A DNA stretch of 64,000 nt from IMG/VR virus record IMGVR_UViG_3300046694_000291, positions 20,107 to 84,106 of that record. One strand, given 5' to 3'. The notes beneath the pieces are model-generated. The model worked only from the letters and a program-made list of their open reading frames with translations. It searched no databases and was not told the origin of the DNA. Every line of letters begins with the position of its first letter. Position 1 is the stretch's first letter. Positions 18,682-29,538 of this stretch are shown piece after piece. The position numbers and the translations under genes are program-made. The stretch is from a virus.

Positions 18682-19772
18682 TCGAGCTGACCGAGGGCAT
18701 GGACTTCCGGCGCATCGAGCTGCGTCAGGAGGTCTTCCTGCGCTTCTACGAGTGGAGCGTGAAGTACAACAGCTTCCCCGGCGGGGTGCACTACGTGCTC
18801 CCGTACGTGGCCGAGGCCCTGGAGCTGGACACAGAGAGCCGTTACTGGCTGGCCTGGCTCAACGCCAACACCCAGAACCCTGTCACCTCCCTCCTGCTCC
18901 TCCAGGCCGCCCCCCGGCCCCGGGACTGGAAGGCGGCCGTCGACTTCTGGCGCGCCAACTACCGCTCGCTCGACTGGGACACCGACCGCCGGTACCACAA
19001 GGCCCGCTTCGAGGACGCGCTCACCGGCTATGCCTCGGCCACGGACTGCTCCTGCTCCATGCCGCAGCACCGGTACTTCCGCTCGGCCGGGGGCGACTGG
19101 ACCGGCTGGTGGGAGCGGGCGTTCGCTCTGCCGACCATGGGCCGTCTGAGCACGTGGTCGTACCTGGAGTACCTGCGCATCCTGCTCGGCCCGGCTGTCG
19201 TGCCCGACGCCGACACGCTGATGGTCGAGGACATCCAGGGCAGCCGGTCGCACCGCAACGGGCTCGCACTCGTGCTCGGGCACGACCACCTGATCGTGGA
19301 CAAGCAGCTCGGTCGGCCCGGCATCACGGACGCGGTCTACGACCGGGACGTGCTGGAGTACCTGGGCGAGGAGGCGCACAGTCTGTTCTCCGTGGCGCAG
19401 CAGCGCATCGGGGCCGGGGCCGACCTGCTCTCCCTGGAGTCCGCTCTCTGCACGTACAAGAGCTGGCACAAGCCCAACCGCCGCTACCCCGGCGTCTACA
19501 ACGACATGCTGTACAACCGGCTGGTGGGGGCGGAGAACAGGTTCGGCTACCGGTTCGGTCTCATCTGGGAGGCACGGGCCGCGTCCCTGCCGGAGCGCCT
19601 GCTGCTGGAGAAGCAGACGTACGACCCGGGCCTGAGCCCGGTCAAGCAGAACTGGTACCTCCAGACGGGCCAGGTCATCAACATGACGGAGGACTGGTCA
19701 TGCTTCCGGAACGACTTCGAGCAGAAGGTGGCGCTCCACGAGTTCGGAAACCGGGGCCGTCCGTGGATCTGA
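18678..19772 (+). CDS. amino acid:DNA transferase (aGPT-Pplase2 family)
   Basis: DWDTDRRY, MGRLSTWSYLEYL, SRSHRNGL and LESALCTYKSWHKPNRRYPGVYNDM match the family of M6/ViI thymidine-hypermodifying transferases. Confidence 0.85.
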   Translation: MIELTEGMDFRRIELRQEVFLRFYEWSVKYNSFPGGVHYVLPYVAEALELDTESRYWLAWLNANTQNPVTSLLLLQAAPRPRDWKAAVDFWRANYRSLDWDTDRRYHKARFEDALTGYASATDCSCSMPQHRYFRSAGGDWTGWWERAFALPTMGRLSTWSYLEYLRILLGPAVVPDADTLMVEDIQGSRSHRNGLALVLGHDHLIVDKQLGRPGITDAVYDRDVLEYLGEEAHSLFSVAQQRIGAGADLLSLESALCTYKSWHKPNRRYPGVYNDMLYNRLVGAENRFGYRFGLIWEARAASLPERLLLEKQTYDPGLSPVKQNWYLQTGQVINMTEDWSCFRNDFEQKVALHEFGNRGRPWI

Positions 19773-20629
19773 GGCACTGGATGAGCCCGGTGCAGGAGCG
19801 CGACGGCCGCTGGTACAAGCGCGAGGACCTCTGCGCCCTCCCCGCCGGAGTCAACGGCGCCAAGCTCCGCGCCTGCGACCACCTGATCCGGCAGGGCGCC
19901 GCAGCGGGCAAGACCCGCGTCATCTCCGCCGCCTCGGTCCTGAGCCCGCAGAACGCCATGGCCTCGGTGCTCGCGCGCCGGTACGGCATGCGCTGCACGG
20001 TCGTGCTCGGAGGGGTCGGCCCCGGCTCCTGGCGCAAGCACACCGCCGTCCAGGTCGCCATCGACCACGGCGCCACCTTCGACTTCATCCGGGTGGGGTA
20101 CAACCCGGCGCTCCAGCGGCGCGCCCGGGACCTGCATGAGCTGGACCCGCAGGCCTACTGGCTCCAGTACGGCATCACCACCCCCGAGGACGCCTCGGCC
20201 CGGGAGCTGCGCGCCTTCCACCAGATCGCCGCAGACCAGGTCGCCAACCTGCCCGAGCAGATCAAGACGTTGGTCATCCCGTTCGGCTCGGGCAACACGG
20301 CCGCCGGGGTGCTCATGGGCCTGAACCAGCACCGTCCCCCGGCCCTGGAACGTGTCGTGCTCGTCGGCATCGGGCCCGACCGGCGCCGCTGGCTGCGCGA
20401 CCGCTTCGACTTCATGGGCGTGAGCCTGCCGGTGTTCCGTCACCTCGATCTGCACGGCACCGGCTACGCCCAGTACTCGGACAAGATGCCTGGCCAGGCC
20501 GATGGCATCGTGCTCCACCCGACCTACGAGGGCAAGGTCGTCCGCTACCTGGACGAGAAGGCACCCGACTGGTGGGTGCGCAGGGACGGCACCACTTGTC
20601 TCTGGATCGTAGGAGGGCCGCTCAAGTGA
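19763..20629 (+). CDS. PLP-dependent (fold type II) enzyme, putative DNA-bound amino-acid decarboxylase
   Basis: KREDL..VNGAKLR (PLP lysine), SVLSPQ, GYNPAL, YGIT, QVANLP, PFGSGNT, HPTYEGK; alternative start ATG 19781. Confidence 0.82.
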   Translation: MDLRHWMSPVQERDGRWYKREDLCALPAGVNGAKLRACDHLIRQGAAAGKTRVISAASVLSPQNAMASVLARRYGMRCTVVLGGVGPGSWRKHTAVQVAIDHGATFDFIRVGYNPALQRRARDLHELDPQAYWLQYGITTPEDASARELRAFHQIAADQVANLPEQIKTLVIPFGSGNTAAGVLMGLNQHRPPALERVVLVGIGPDRRRWLRDRFDFMGVSLPVFRHLDLHGTGYAQYSDKMPGQADGIVLHPTYEGKVVRYLDEKAPDWWVRRDGTTCLWIVGGPLK

Positions 20630-20711
20630 TCGAGTGCCGTTGCCCCCGCTGGCCGACCCCGGCCGAGGGCCACCGCCATAACTGCCCGATGAAGATCCTG
20701 GAGAGTCAGTG

Positions 20712-20855
20712 ATGACCAAGCAGAAGACCCTCGTACCGATGTCGCCGGAGCGCCGGGCAGCCGTCTACGCCCGGACCAACGGCACCGACCAGCGCCTGAC
20801 CCCGGCGCAGGACCGCCGCATCCGCAAGGCAGCCCGGAAGGCGCAGCGCTCATGA
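20712..20855 (+). CDS. small basic protein
   Basis: Below ORF-track cutoff; MTKQK...LTPAQDRRIRKAARKAQRS; coupled. Confidence 0.55.
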   Translation: MTKQKTLVPMSPERRAAVYARTNGTDQRLTPAQDRRIRKAARKAQRS

Positions 20856-21013
20856 CGAAAGCAGGCACCCACGGAACCAAGGTCAAGCGCCTCGCACGCG
20901 AACTCCAGAAGCGCGAAGAGATCCCGTACACCGAGGCGTTGCGGCGCGTACTGGCCGCAGGCCCGAAGGAGAGTCCAGTGGTGAACCTCAGTCCGACCAA
21001 GGCGCAGCGATGA
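20852..21013 (+). CDS. small basic protein
   Basis: MTKAG...KRLARELQKREEIPYTEALRRV; ATGA overlaps at both ends. Confidence 0.6.
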   Translation: MTKAGTHGTKVKRLARELQKREEIPYTEALRRVLAAGPKESPVVNLSPTKAQR

Positions 21014-21552
21014 CCTACCTTCCGCAGCCCGGGGACATCGGGCTCACCGTCATCACTGGCTGGGGGCGGTTCATCCGCCTCGGCCAGTGGCTCAACGGGG
21101 ACGGCTTCGCCGACTATGAACACGCCTTCGTCGTGTCCGAGTCCAGCAGCAAGTTCCAGGACAAGATGATCGTGGAGGCGATGCCCGGCGGGGCGCAGCA
21201 CGTGCGTAACTGGCACGACCCGGAGCACACGGTCTACCTGCGCTGCCCCGACCGGTACCGGGAGGCGGTCGCTGCCTCGGCCCGGGGGTTCGTGGGCGTG
21301 CCGTACTCCGTGGCCGACTACTTCGCGCTCGCCGCGCACCGGCTGCACATCCCCGCGCCCCACCTCAAGAAGTTCGTCCGCAGCTCCGGCCACATGATCT
21401 GCTCCCAGCTCGCCGACACTGCGGCGGCCGAGGGCGGCTGGCACCTGTTCGAGGACGGCCGCTGGCCCGGGGACGTCACGCCCGGCGACCTCTACCGGCT
21501 GTACCAGGCGCAGCGCGCTCAGCGCATGAGGACCGGGGACGTGTCACGGTGA
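21010..21552 (+). CDS. permuted papain-like NlpC/P60 (YiiX/YebB-like) enzyme
   Basis: PQPGDIGL..EHAFV..VEAMPGG..GVPYS..ICSQL..VTPGDL (His before Cys). Confidence 0.75.
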   Translation: MTYLPQPGDIGLTVITGWGRFIRLGQWLNGDGFADYEHAFVVSESSSKFQDKMIVEAMPGGAQHVRNWHDPEHTVYLRCPDRYREAVAASARGFVGVPYSVADYFALAAHRLHIPAPHLKKFVRSSGHMICSQLADTAAAEGGWHLFEDGRWPGDVTPGDLYRLYQAQRAQRMRTGDVSR

Positions 21553-21806
21553 CTGAGGATTGGAAGCGCTACGTCGTCACGGCAGGGGATCTGCGTGCGC
21601 AACTCTCCGCTGTACCCGATGACACCCCCGTCATCCTGAGCAAGGACGCGGAGGGCAACAGCTACTCGCCGCTCAGCTCGGTGGACGCGATCCATGTCTA
21701 CGAGCCTGAGAGCACCTGGTCCGGTGAAGTGCGCGACACCACGGACCCGGACTATGAGGCGGACCCCGGGGACACCCGGGTCGTACTGCTGGGACCGGTG
21801 AACTGA
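21549..21806 (+). CDS. hypothetical protein
   Basis: DTPVILSKDAEGNSYSPL; coupled. Confidence 0.65.
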   Translation: MTEDWKRYVVTAGDLRAQLSAVPDDTPVILSKDAEGNSYSPLSSVDAIHVYEPESTWSGEVRDTTDPDYEADPGDTRVVLLGPVN

Positions 21807-22402
21807 TGATCAACAACCTGCTCTACCTCGTGGGCCCGCCGGGCGTCGGCAAGTCCACCGTCGCCCGGGAGCTGACCTCCGGCTGGGACAAGGAGGTGAT
21901 GCGCTCGGTCCCCGTGCCGCACACCCGGCTGCTGCACCCCAGCACGCGCCGGATGCTCGGGCTGGAGCTGGGCGTGCCCCGGGAGCAGTTCCCCGGCACC
22001 GACACCCTCGCCATGGACATCTCGCCCCGCGCGCTCGCCTTCCTGTCCACGGTGCTCGCCCCGTTCGCCCTCGGAGAGGGCTCACGGCTGGCTACGCGGC
22101 CGTTTCTGGGCGAGCTGGCACGGGCGGGCGTCGCAGTCACGCTCGTGCGCCTGACGGCAGACGAGGAGCTCCTCACCGCGCGCTGGCAGGGCCGGGGAGC
22201 CAAGCAGAACCCGAGCTGGCGCAAGGGCGCGGCCACGCGGTCCGACCGGCTGGCCGACTGGTTCCTCACCCAGACCTCGGAGCACCGCACCGGCTTCCGC
22301 ACCTACCTCGACCTCGACGCCACCGAGGCCACCCCGGCCGAGCTGGCCGACAGCATCCGGGACCGCTTCCCTCTCATCGACCTGAGAGAATCAGCGGCAT
22401 GA
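21806..22402 (+). CDS. P-loop kinase, 5-hmU DNA kinase-like
   Basis: GPPGVGKST, FPGTDTLAM, GEGSRL, RGAKQNPSW resemble the nucleotide-modification-associated P-loop kinases; cluster context. Confidence 0.78.
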   Translation: MINNLLYLVGPPGVGKSTVARELTSGWDKEVMRSVPVPHTRLLHPSTRRMLGLELGVPREQFPGTDTLAMDISPRALAFLSTVLAPFALGEGSRLATRPFLGELARAGVAVTLVRLTADEELLTARWQGRGAKQNPSWRKGAATRSDRLADWFLTQTSEHRTGFRTYLDLDATEATPAELADSIRDRFPLIDLRESAA

Positions 22403-22605
22403 TTCGACGAGCCGTGTTCGTGCTGCTGTCCCCGGCGGTGTTCCTGCCGTTCGGGCTGCTGGCCGTGTGGTCGGGGCTGCGCAGCGTCGGGTGGTGGCTG
22501 AGCACCGGGGTGTGGAAGCTCCCCGAAGAGTTGCCGCCGTCCCGCCTCGACGCGCTGGGTGTCCGGGTCTGGAACAGGCTCTCCTCCTGGACGGAGGCTT
22601 CATGA
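22399..22605 (+). CDS. small membrane protein
   Basis: Hydrophobic N-terminus, coupled at both ends. Confidence 0.55.
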   Translation: MIRRAVFVLLSPAVFLPFGLLAVWSGLRSVGWWLSTGVWKLPEELPPSRLDALGVRVWNRLSSWTEAS

Positions 22606-23495
22606 TCAGCATCCGTGCCCGCACCCGGGTCCCCCAGGCAGAGCTGGACCTCAAGGTCGGCAAGGTGCTCGGCCCGGACAGCTTCAACGTTCTCATGACC
22701 GGGCCGACCCGCGTCCTCCAGCCCAACGGCAAGCTGCTGTGCGTCTACCTGCCGGGGGCGATGAAGGGCTTCGTCACCGAGGAGCAGTACCAGATCCTCC
22801 ACGGCCTGCGCAGCCAGATGACCAACGCCCGGGGCGCGGCGTCCGGGTCGACCGCTGTGCGCGCCGGAGCGCAGAAGCGGCAGTACTACATGCACGTCAG
22901 TAGCAACATCATCGGGGCCATCGACCCCATCAGCACGTACAAGTACTGCCGCCTGACCTCCTGGACCGGCGCGAACCTGCCGAGCTGGAAGGCGCTCCAG
23001 CCCGCCCTTAAGCGGGTGGGCGACCAGCTCCACACCCACGTGCCGGAGCGGTACGACGCGCAGATGGAGGAGATCGAGCAGACGCACCCGGACTGGGTCG
23101 TACCCGGCACCCCGTTCACCACCATCACGGTCAACAACACCTACCCGACCGGCATGCACACCGACAAAGGCGACCTCGACAAGGGCCTGAGCACGATCTT
23201 CACCCTGCGCCGGGGCAGCTACACCGGGGGCACCTTCCTCTTCCCCGAGTTCCGCATCGGGGTCGACATGCAGGACAACGACCTGATCCTGATGGACGCG
23301 CACCAGTGGCACGCCAACACGGCCATCACCTGCGCCTGCGGCCGTAAGGTCACCCGGTACTGCGAGGAGTGCGGGGCCGAGCGGATCAGCGTGGTGAGCT
23401 ACATGCGCACCAACATGACCCGCTGCGCGAGCGAGGCAGAGGAGATCAAAAGGGCCCAGGATCACCGCGAGAAGTTCAAGGGCGCGGGCCGTTAG
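22602..23495 (+). CDS. TET/JBP-family 2OG-Fe(II) dioxygenase
   Basis: FTTITVNN, HTDKGD (HxD), YTGG..FPE, DAHQWHANT (H), ERISVVSYMR (RxS). Confidence 0.9.
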   Translation: MISIRARTRVPQAELDLKVGKVLGPDSFNVLMTGPTRVLQPNGKLLCVYLPGAMKGFVTEEQYQILHGLRSQMTNARGAASGSTAVRAGAQKRQYYMHVSSNIIGAIDPISTYKYCRLTSWTGANLPSWKALQPALKRVGDQLHTHVPERYDAQMEEIEQTHPDWVVPGTPFTTITVNNTYPTGMHTDKGDLDKGLSTIFTLRRGSYTGGTFLFPEFRIGVDMQDNDLILMDAHQWHANTAITCACGRKVTRYCEECGAERISVVSYMRTNMTRCASEAEEIKRAQDHREKFKGAGR

Positions 23496-23516
23496 CGTTC
23501 CTGGGAGGTTAGGATC

Positions 23517-24155
23517 ATGGTCACTCCGTACGACTCCGCCGATCATGCCCGGGTAGAAGCCCGCAGGTGGAAGGCCATCTCTCTGGCCAACCGGGGTCTC
23601 ACGCACCGCATGGTCGCCGAGCAGATGGAGGCTGACTACGCGCCGGGCCTCTCCCTGGAGCAGCGCACCGCTCAGGTGAGCGTCGACATCACCCGAGCGC
23701 TCAAGGTCTACCGCAAGCGCGTGGACCAGGGCATCGAGGAGAAGCTCACCGCCGCGACCCTGCGCCTCAACGAGGTCCGCCGTCGGCTGTACGCGGTCAT
23801 CGTGGCGGAGCACTACGTGCTCTACCAGGGCGAGATCGTCAAGGACAAGGAGGGCCGCCCTCTCCGGGACCACGGTCCCGTGCTCGCGGCGCTCGCTCAG
23901 CTCCGTGCCCTGGAGGAGCAGCAGGCCAAGCTGGAGGGCACCAACGCCCGGGAGAAGATCGATGTCGCGCTCGGCCGCCGGGTCGAGGAGGAGGCCACGG
24001 ACGTGGTCGAGGCGATCCTCGCCGGATTCAGTGCCGTGCCCGAGCTGGAGCCCGCCGTACGGCAGCGCGTGCTGGAGGCCGCCGGTGCGCACCTGCGCGC
24101 CCTGGAGGCTGGGCCGGGCGACGACGGGATTACGGACGCGGAGATCGTGGAATAG
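23517..24155 (+). CDS. putative terminase small subunit (HTH)
   Basis: RRWKAISLANRGLTHRMVAEQM HTH; LEEQQAKLEG motif; position upstream of terL. Confidence 0.65.
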   Translation: MVTPYDSADHARVEARRWKAISLANRGLTHRMVAEQMEADYAPGLSLEQRTAQVSVDITRALKVYRKRVDQGIEEKLTAATLRLNEVRRRLYAVIVAEHYVLYQGEIVKDKEGRPLRDHGPVLAALAQLRALEEQQAKLEGTNAREKIDVALGRRVEEEATDVVEAILAGFSAVPELEPAVRQRVLEAAGAHLRALEAGPGDDGITDAEIVE

Positions 24156-24168
24156 ACCGGGAGTCAAC

Positions 24169-24205
24169 AGGCCCTGGACGGTCACCCATGCCCCGTCCAG
24201 GGCCT
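24169..24205 (+). terminator. hairpin terminator
   Basis: AGGCCCTGGACGG...CCGTCCAGGGCCT. Confidence 0.7.
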
Positions 24206-24262
24206 TCGTCTGCGGTATACCTATACCAGCTCCCCGCAGCCCGGAATGTCTGATTTAGTAAA

Positions 24263-24378
24263 ACCACTCCCTGACCTGGGTGACTGCGAACTCGGAGTGG
24301 GTGGCCCAGGCGTACCACCGGGCTCAAGTTCCCTCCTGAGAAGGGAACCTCGTCCCCTCGCTACTCTACGGACCGGTA
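24263..24378 (+). repeat. dispersed ~115-bp intergenic element, copy 2
   Basis: 34 nt identical to copy 3 (CTGACCTGGGTGACTGCGAACTCGGAGTGGGTGG) plus AGAAGGGAA and CTACGGACCGGTA blocks. Confidence 0.85.
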
Positions 24379-24449
24379 ACCAGGGCCAGTTGTTACGCTC
24401 CGGACCCGTATAAGCATGTCAACCGATGTATGACCGAGGAAGGCAGACC

Positions 24450-24758
24450 ATGAGCGAAGTGCCCGGGTTCCACTACCCGTCCGAGACCGAGCGGGACCCG
24501 GTCCTGCCCCGGACCATGGGCGACCCGATCGTCCTGTCCGAGCCGCAGTACGAGGAGATCACCGCCGAGAGGGAGCAGGTCGACCTGGAGCCGTTCCGGG
24601 ACTTCGAGTTCGACCTCCAGACCAACCGCCTGCGCGTGGCCGGGTACAGCCCCGAGGAGGCGGCCGAGATGCTGCGCATCTACCGCGAGCACCTCCGGCT
24701 CATGGCCGAGAACGCGCAGCTCTTCATGGCCGAACTGTCCCAGGCGGCAGAGACGTGA
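24450..24758 (+). CDS. hypothetical acidic protein
   Basis: GAGGAAGG RBS, good codon usage. Confidence 0.65.
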   Translation: MSEVPGFHYPSETERDPVLPRTMGDPIVLSEPQYEEITAEREQVDLEPFRDFEFDLQTNRLRVAGYSPEEAAEMLRIYREHLRLMAENAQLFMAELSQAAET

Positions 24759-24913
24759 CCTCCATGTTTGGCCGGACACCGGTTTAGGTAAATACTCACC
24801 AGTGTCCCGGGCCGCAGGAGGCGATGACCTTGCGGAGGTCGGTGACCACAACAGATGCCCTCGGGGGCAAGAGGCCCGGGGGCATCTTCCAATTCCCGCC
24901 CAAGGACCATCCG

Positions 24914-26816
<1,903 letters not shown>

Positions 26817-26833
26817 TCTGGCCGTGCTCACTC

Positions 26834-26868
26834 CGCAGCCCCGGGGAAGTCCACGCTCCGGGGCTGCG
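26834..26868 (+). terminator. hairpin terminator
   Basis: CGCAGCCCCGG...CCGGGGCTGCG. Confidence 0.7.
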
Positions 26869-26879
26869 CCGTGTCCCGG

Positions 26880-26909
26880 TTGAATTGACCAGACCGGCAC
26901 TGCTAACCT
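26880..26909 (+). promoter_or_regulatory. sigma70/HrdB-like promoter
   Basis: TTGAAT-N18-TAACCT with TG extension. Confidence 0.5.
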
Positions 26910-26910
26910 C

Positions 26911-27190
26911 GCCCCAACGAGCGGGGGCACTCGCTCGGGGCGTGACGGAAGGCTGCTATGCGGAACGGCGGCCGAACGTGCGACCGGCGGAAGACAACCG
27001 CCCGGGTGGCTGGCCAACGGTGATCCACCCCGGCGGGACGAGGGTAGCGCCTCGGAATCTGTGCCTTCGCAGGCTAACGGTTGACCTGGATCTTCGCCTT
27101 GAACCCGAGGGCCGCGATCCAGTGGAGGTGGAATCCTCCCACCCACACAACCCCCGGCGCTGGGATCTTGCCCAGCTCACCGGGGGCTTC
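26911..27190 (+). ncRNA. candidate structured non-coding RNA
   Basis: No credible ORF; about 8 consecutive hairpins ending in a T-loop-like GGAGG-TGGAAT-CCTCC, followed by a terminator-like stem at 27151-27186. Confidence 0.45.
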
Positions 27191-27308
27191 GTGTGTCCGG
27201 GCAGGCCCGAGACCCCGCACTGTCCGGACAGCGACGAGGTCTCTTCGCTCGGGAGGCGCACGGCTCTGCCGGGCCGACCCTCACGATCCGTCGAGCATAC
27301 TGAGCCCC

Positions 27309-28676
27309 ATGAATGATCGTGCGCAGCGGGGACGTCAGGCCGGAGAGCGGCTCCTGATGCACGCGCGCACCCTGACCGAGCCCCGCTGGACCCCCCTGCC
27401 GCACCAGGTGCCGCCCACGGGCGACTGGTACGGCTGGATGCTCCTGGCAGGGCGAGGAGCCGGGAAGACCGACGCCTGCGCCCGCTACGTGCACGAACAC
27501 GTCAACGGACCGGCCTGTCTCCCGGGGCCCGTCCCCCACTGGGTCGGCATCATCGCCCCGACCCTGGGGGACGCGGCTACCGCTTGCTTCAGCGGTCCCT
27601 CGGGACTCAGTGCCCACTCCCCGGACGCCAAGATGATCAACACCACCGGCGGCACGGTCATCAAATGGCCCAACGGCTCGGTCGCCAAGCTCTTCGGTGC
27701 CCACACCCCGGAGGACGTGGAGCGCCTGCGCGCCGGTGGCAACCGTTGCCTCGCCTGGCTGGAGGAGATGGCCGCCTGGCGCTACCTCGACGACGCCTGG
27801 GCGCAGATGCGGTTCGGGCTCCGCTCGGGCCGCCGCCCGCACTGGATCGCCTCCACCACTCCCAAGCCCCGGCCGCTCATCAAGAAGATCGCCACCGGCG
27901 GGTACCGGAACGTGGTCAAGACCCACGCGTCCATGTACGACAACCCGCACATCCAGCCCGAGCTGAAGCAGGCGCTGGAGGAGGAGTACGCGGACACCGA
28001 CCTCGGCCGTCAGGAGCTGTACGCCGAGATCCTCGACGAGGACTCGAAGGCGCTCTGGACCCGGCAGTGGCTCAACACCTCGCGCATCCCCGTCGGCACC
28101 GAGCTGCCCCGGCTCGTGCGCGTCTCCGTGGGCGTGGACCCGAGCGGCGGCGCCGGGGAGCAGGGCATCGTCGTCGTCGGCAAGGCCATGCAGGAGTACG
28201 AGCGCGAAGGTGGCAAGAAGTCCACCCTCGCCCACGGCTACGTCCTCGGCGACCGCACCGTCCACCTCAAGCCCGAGGGCTGGGGCATGGCAGCGGTCAA
28301 GGCGGCGGTGGAGTTCGAGGCCGACGACATCGCGGTGGAGATCAACTACGGCGGGGAGATGGCCATCTCGACCATCCGGGCCGCCGCCGACAACATGGGC
28401 ATCAACATCCCGATCAAGATGGTGCGCGCCACCCGGGGCAAGCAGGTCCGCGCCCAGCCGGTCAGCGCGCTCACGTCGCAGAACCGCTGGCACCTGGTCG
28501 GGGTCATGCCCGAGCTGGAGGACCAGCTCTGCACCTGGTACCCCGAGCTGGACTGGTCGCCCGACCGGCTCGACGCGATGGTCTGGCCCGCGTGGCACAA
28601 CCGGATCGTCAAGCTGACCGCGACCACCGTCATCAGCTCCGGCGGCATGTCCGCCATGTCCCGCTCCGTTGGCTGA
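27309..28676 (+). CDS. terL: terminase large subunit
   Basis: LPHQ, AGRGAGKT, WLEE, STTPKP, VGVDPS, SPDRLDA. Confidence 0.93.
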   Translation: MNDRAQRGRQAGERLLMHARTLTEPRWTPLPHQVPPTGDWYGWMLLAGRGAGKTDACARYVHEHVNGPACLPGPVPHWVGIIAPTLGDAATACFSGPSGLSAHSPDAKMINTTGGTVIKWPNGSVAKLFGAHTPEDVERLRAGGNRCLAWLEEMAAWRYLDDAWAQMRFGLRSGRRPHWIASTTPKPRPLIKKIATGGYRNVVKTHASMYDNPHIQPELKQALEEEYADTDLGRQELYAEILDEDSKALWTRQWLNTSRIPVGTELPRLVRVSVGVDPSGGAGEQGIVVVGKAMQEYEREGGKKSTLAHGYVLGDRTVHLKPEGWGMAAVKAAVEFEADDIAVEINYGGEMAISTIRAAADNMGINIPIKMVRATRGKQVRAQPVSALTSQNRWHLVGVMPELEDQLCTWYPELDWSPDRLDAMVWPAWHNRIVKLTATTVISSGGMSAMSRSVG

Positions 28677-28857
28677 GGTGACCGACGCCTGGCCCGGGGT
28701 CATCGCCGCACCACCACGCGCCAGCTCGCCCGGACCAGACGGAGCGGCCAAGATCACCTGTAAGGGCCGGGCGTCCCCGGCGACCGCTCTTTGCTTCCGG
28801 CCCCTCGGGTTGGTGACCCTACTCACCGGACATGCCGAGCAGGATAACCTAAATGCC

Positions 28858-29043
28858 ATGACGCTGTCCCTGTCACTGACCACGGTCCTCACCGTGTTCC
28901 TGCTCGGGTTTCTGCTGCACCGGCACGCCTCGGTGCGTATCGCTGCCGTCGGCTGTTTCGTGCTCGGGGTGCTGGTCTCGGCGAACCCGGTAGTCCACTC
29001 CGTGGTGCATACTCTCGACGGAGTATTCAGCTCCGTCACGTGA
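28858..29043 (+). CDS. small membrane protein
   Basis: Two hydrophobic segments. Confidence 0.5.
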   Translation: MTLSLSLTTVLTVFLLGFLLHRHASVRIAAVGCFVLGVLVSANPVVHSVVHTLDGVFSSVT

Positions 29044-29061
29044 CCCCAGGAGGGGACCGAG

Positions 29062-29433
29062 ATGTTCAAGCTCTTCAACCGCGAGCAGGTGGTGTACCTC
29101 GCCATCATCGCGGCGGCGGCTCAGGTGCTCACCTCGTATGGGTTCGACTGGTCCGGCAAGGTCCAGGGCATCGCGACCGCCATCGTCGTGTTCGTGTTCG
29201 CCGTCGGCAACGCAGTCGTCGTGCATGACGGAGCCATCGCCCTGGCGACCGGCGTGCTCAACGCCCTGTTCGCGCTCTTCGCCGCGTTCAACCTGGACTG
29301 GACCGCCACCCATCAGACGGCGATCGTCGGCTTCGTGACCCTGGCGATCGGGTTCTTCACCCGGCAGGTGGTCACGAACCCCACCCCGGCAAAGGTGTCC
29401 CCGGCGGGCAAGCTCGTCGACCACGCCGCCTGA
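29062..29433 (+). CDS. holin-like membrane protein
   Basis: Multiple TM segments, FFTRQVVT tail typical of actinophage holins; AGGAGG RBS. Confidence 0.6.
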   Translation: MFKLFNREQVVYLAIIAAAAQVLTSYGFDWSGKVQGIATAIVVFVFAVGNAVVVHDGAIALATGVLNALFALFAAFNLDWTATHQTAIVGFVTLAIGFFTRQVVTNPTPAKVSPAGKLVDHAA

Positions 29434-29538
29434 GTGCAACCGCCACGTCCGTCCGGGCATCCTCTCCAGTAGCGGGATGCCCGGCCAGCGACCACCTCCA
29501 CCCGCTCCGTCGGGTGTCCCGCCCACAGAAAGAAGATC

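Noticed and set aside
26911-27150. tmRNA, tRNA or ydaO c-di-AMP riboswitch
   Set aside because: No matching acceptor stem/CCA or tag ORF; T-like loop is 6 nt; ydaO conserved blocks not found, and the region lies downstream of rpf
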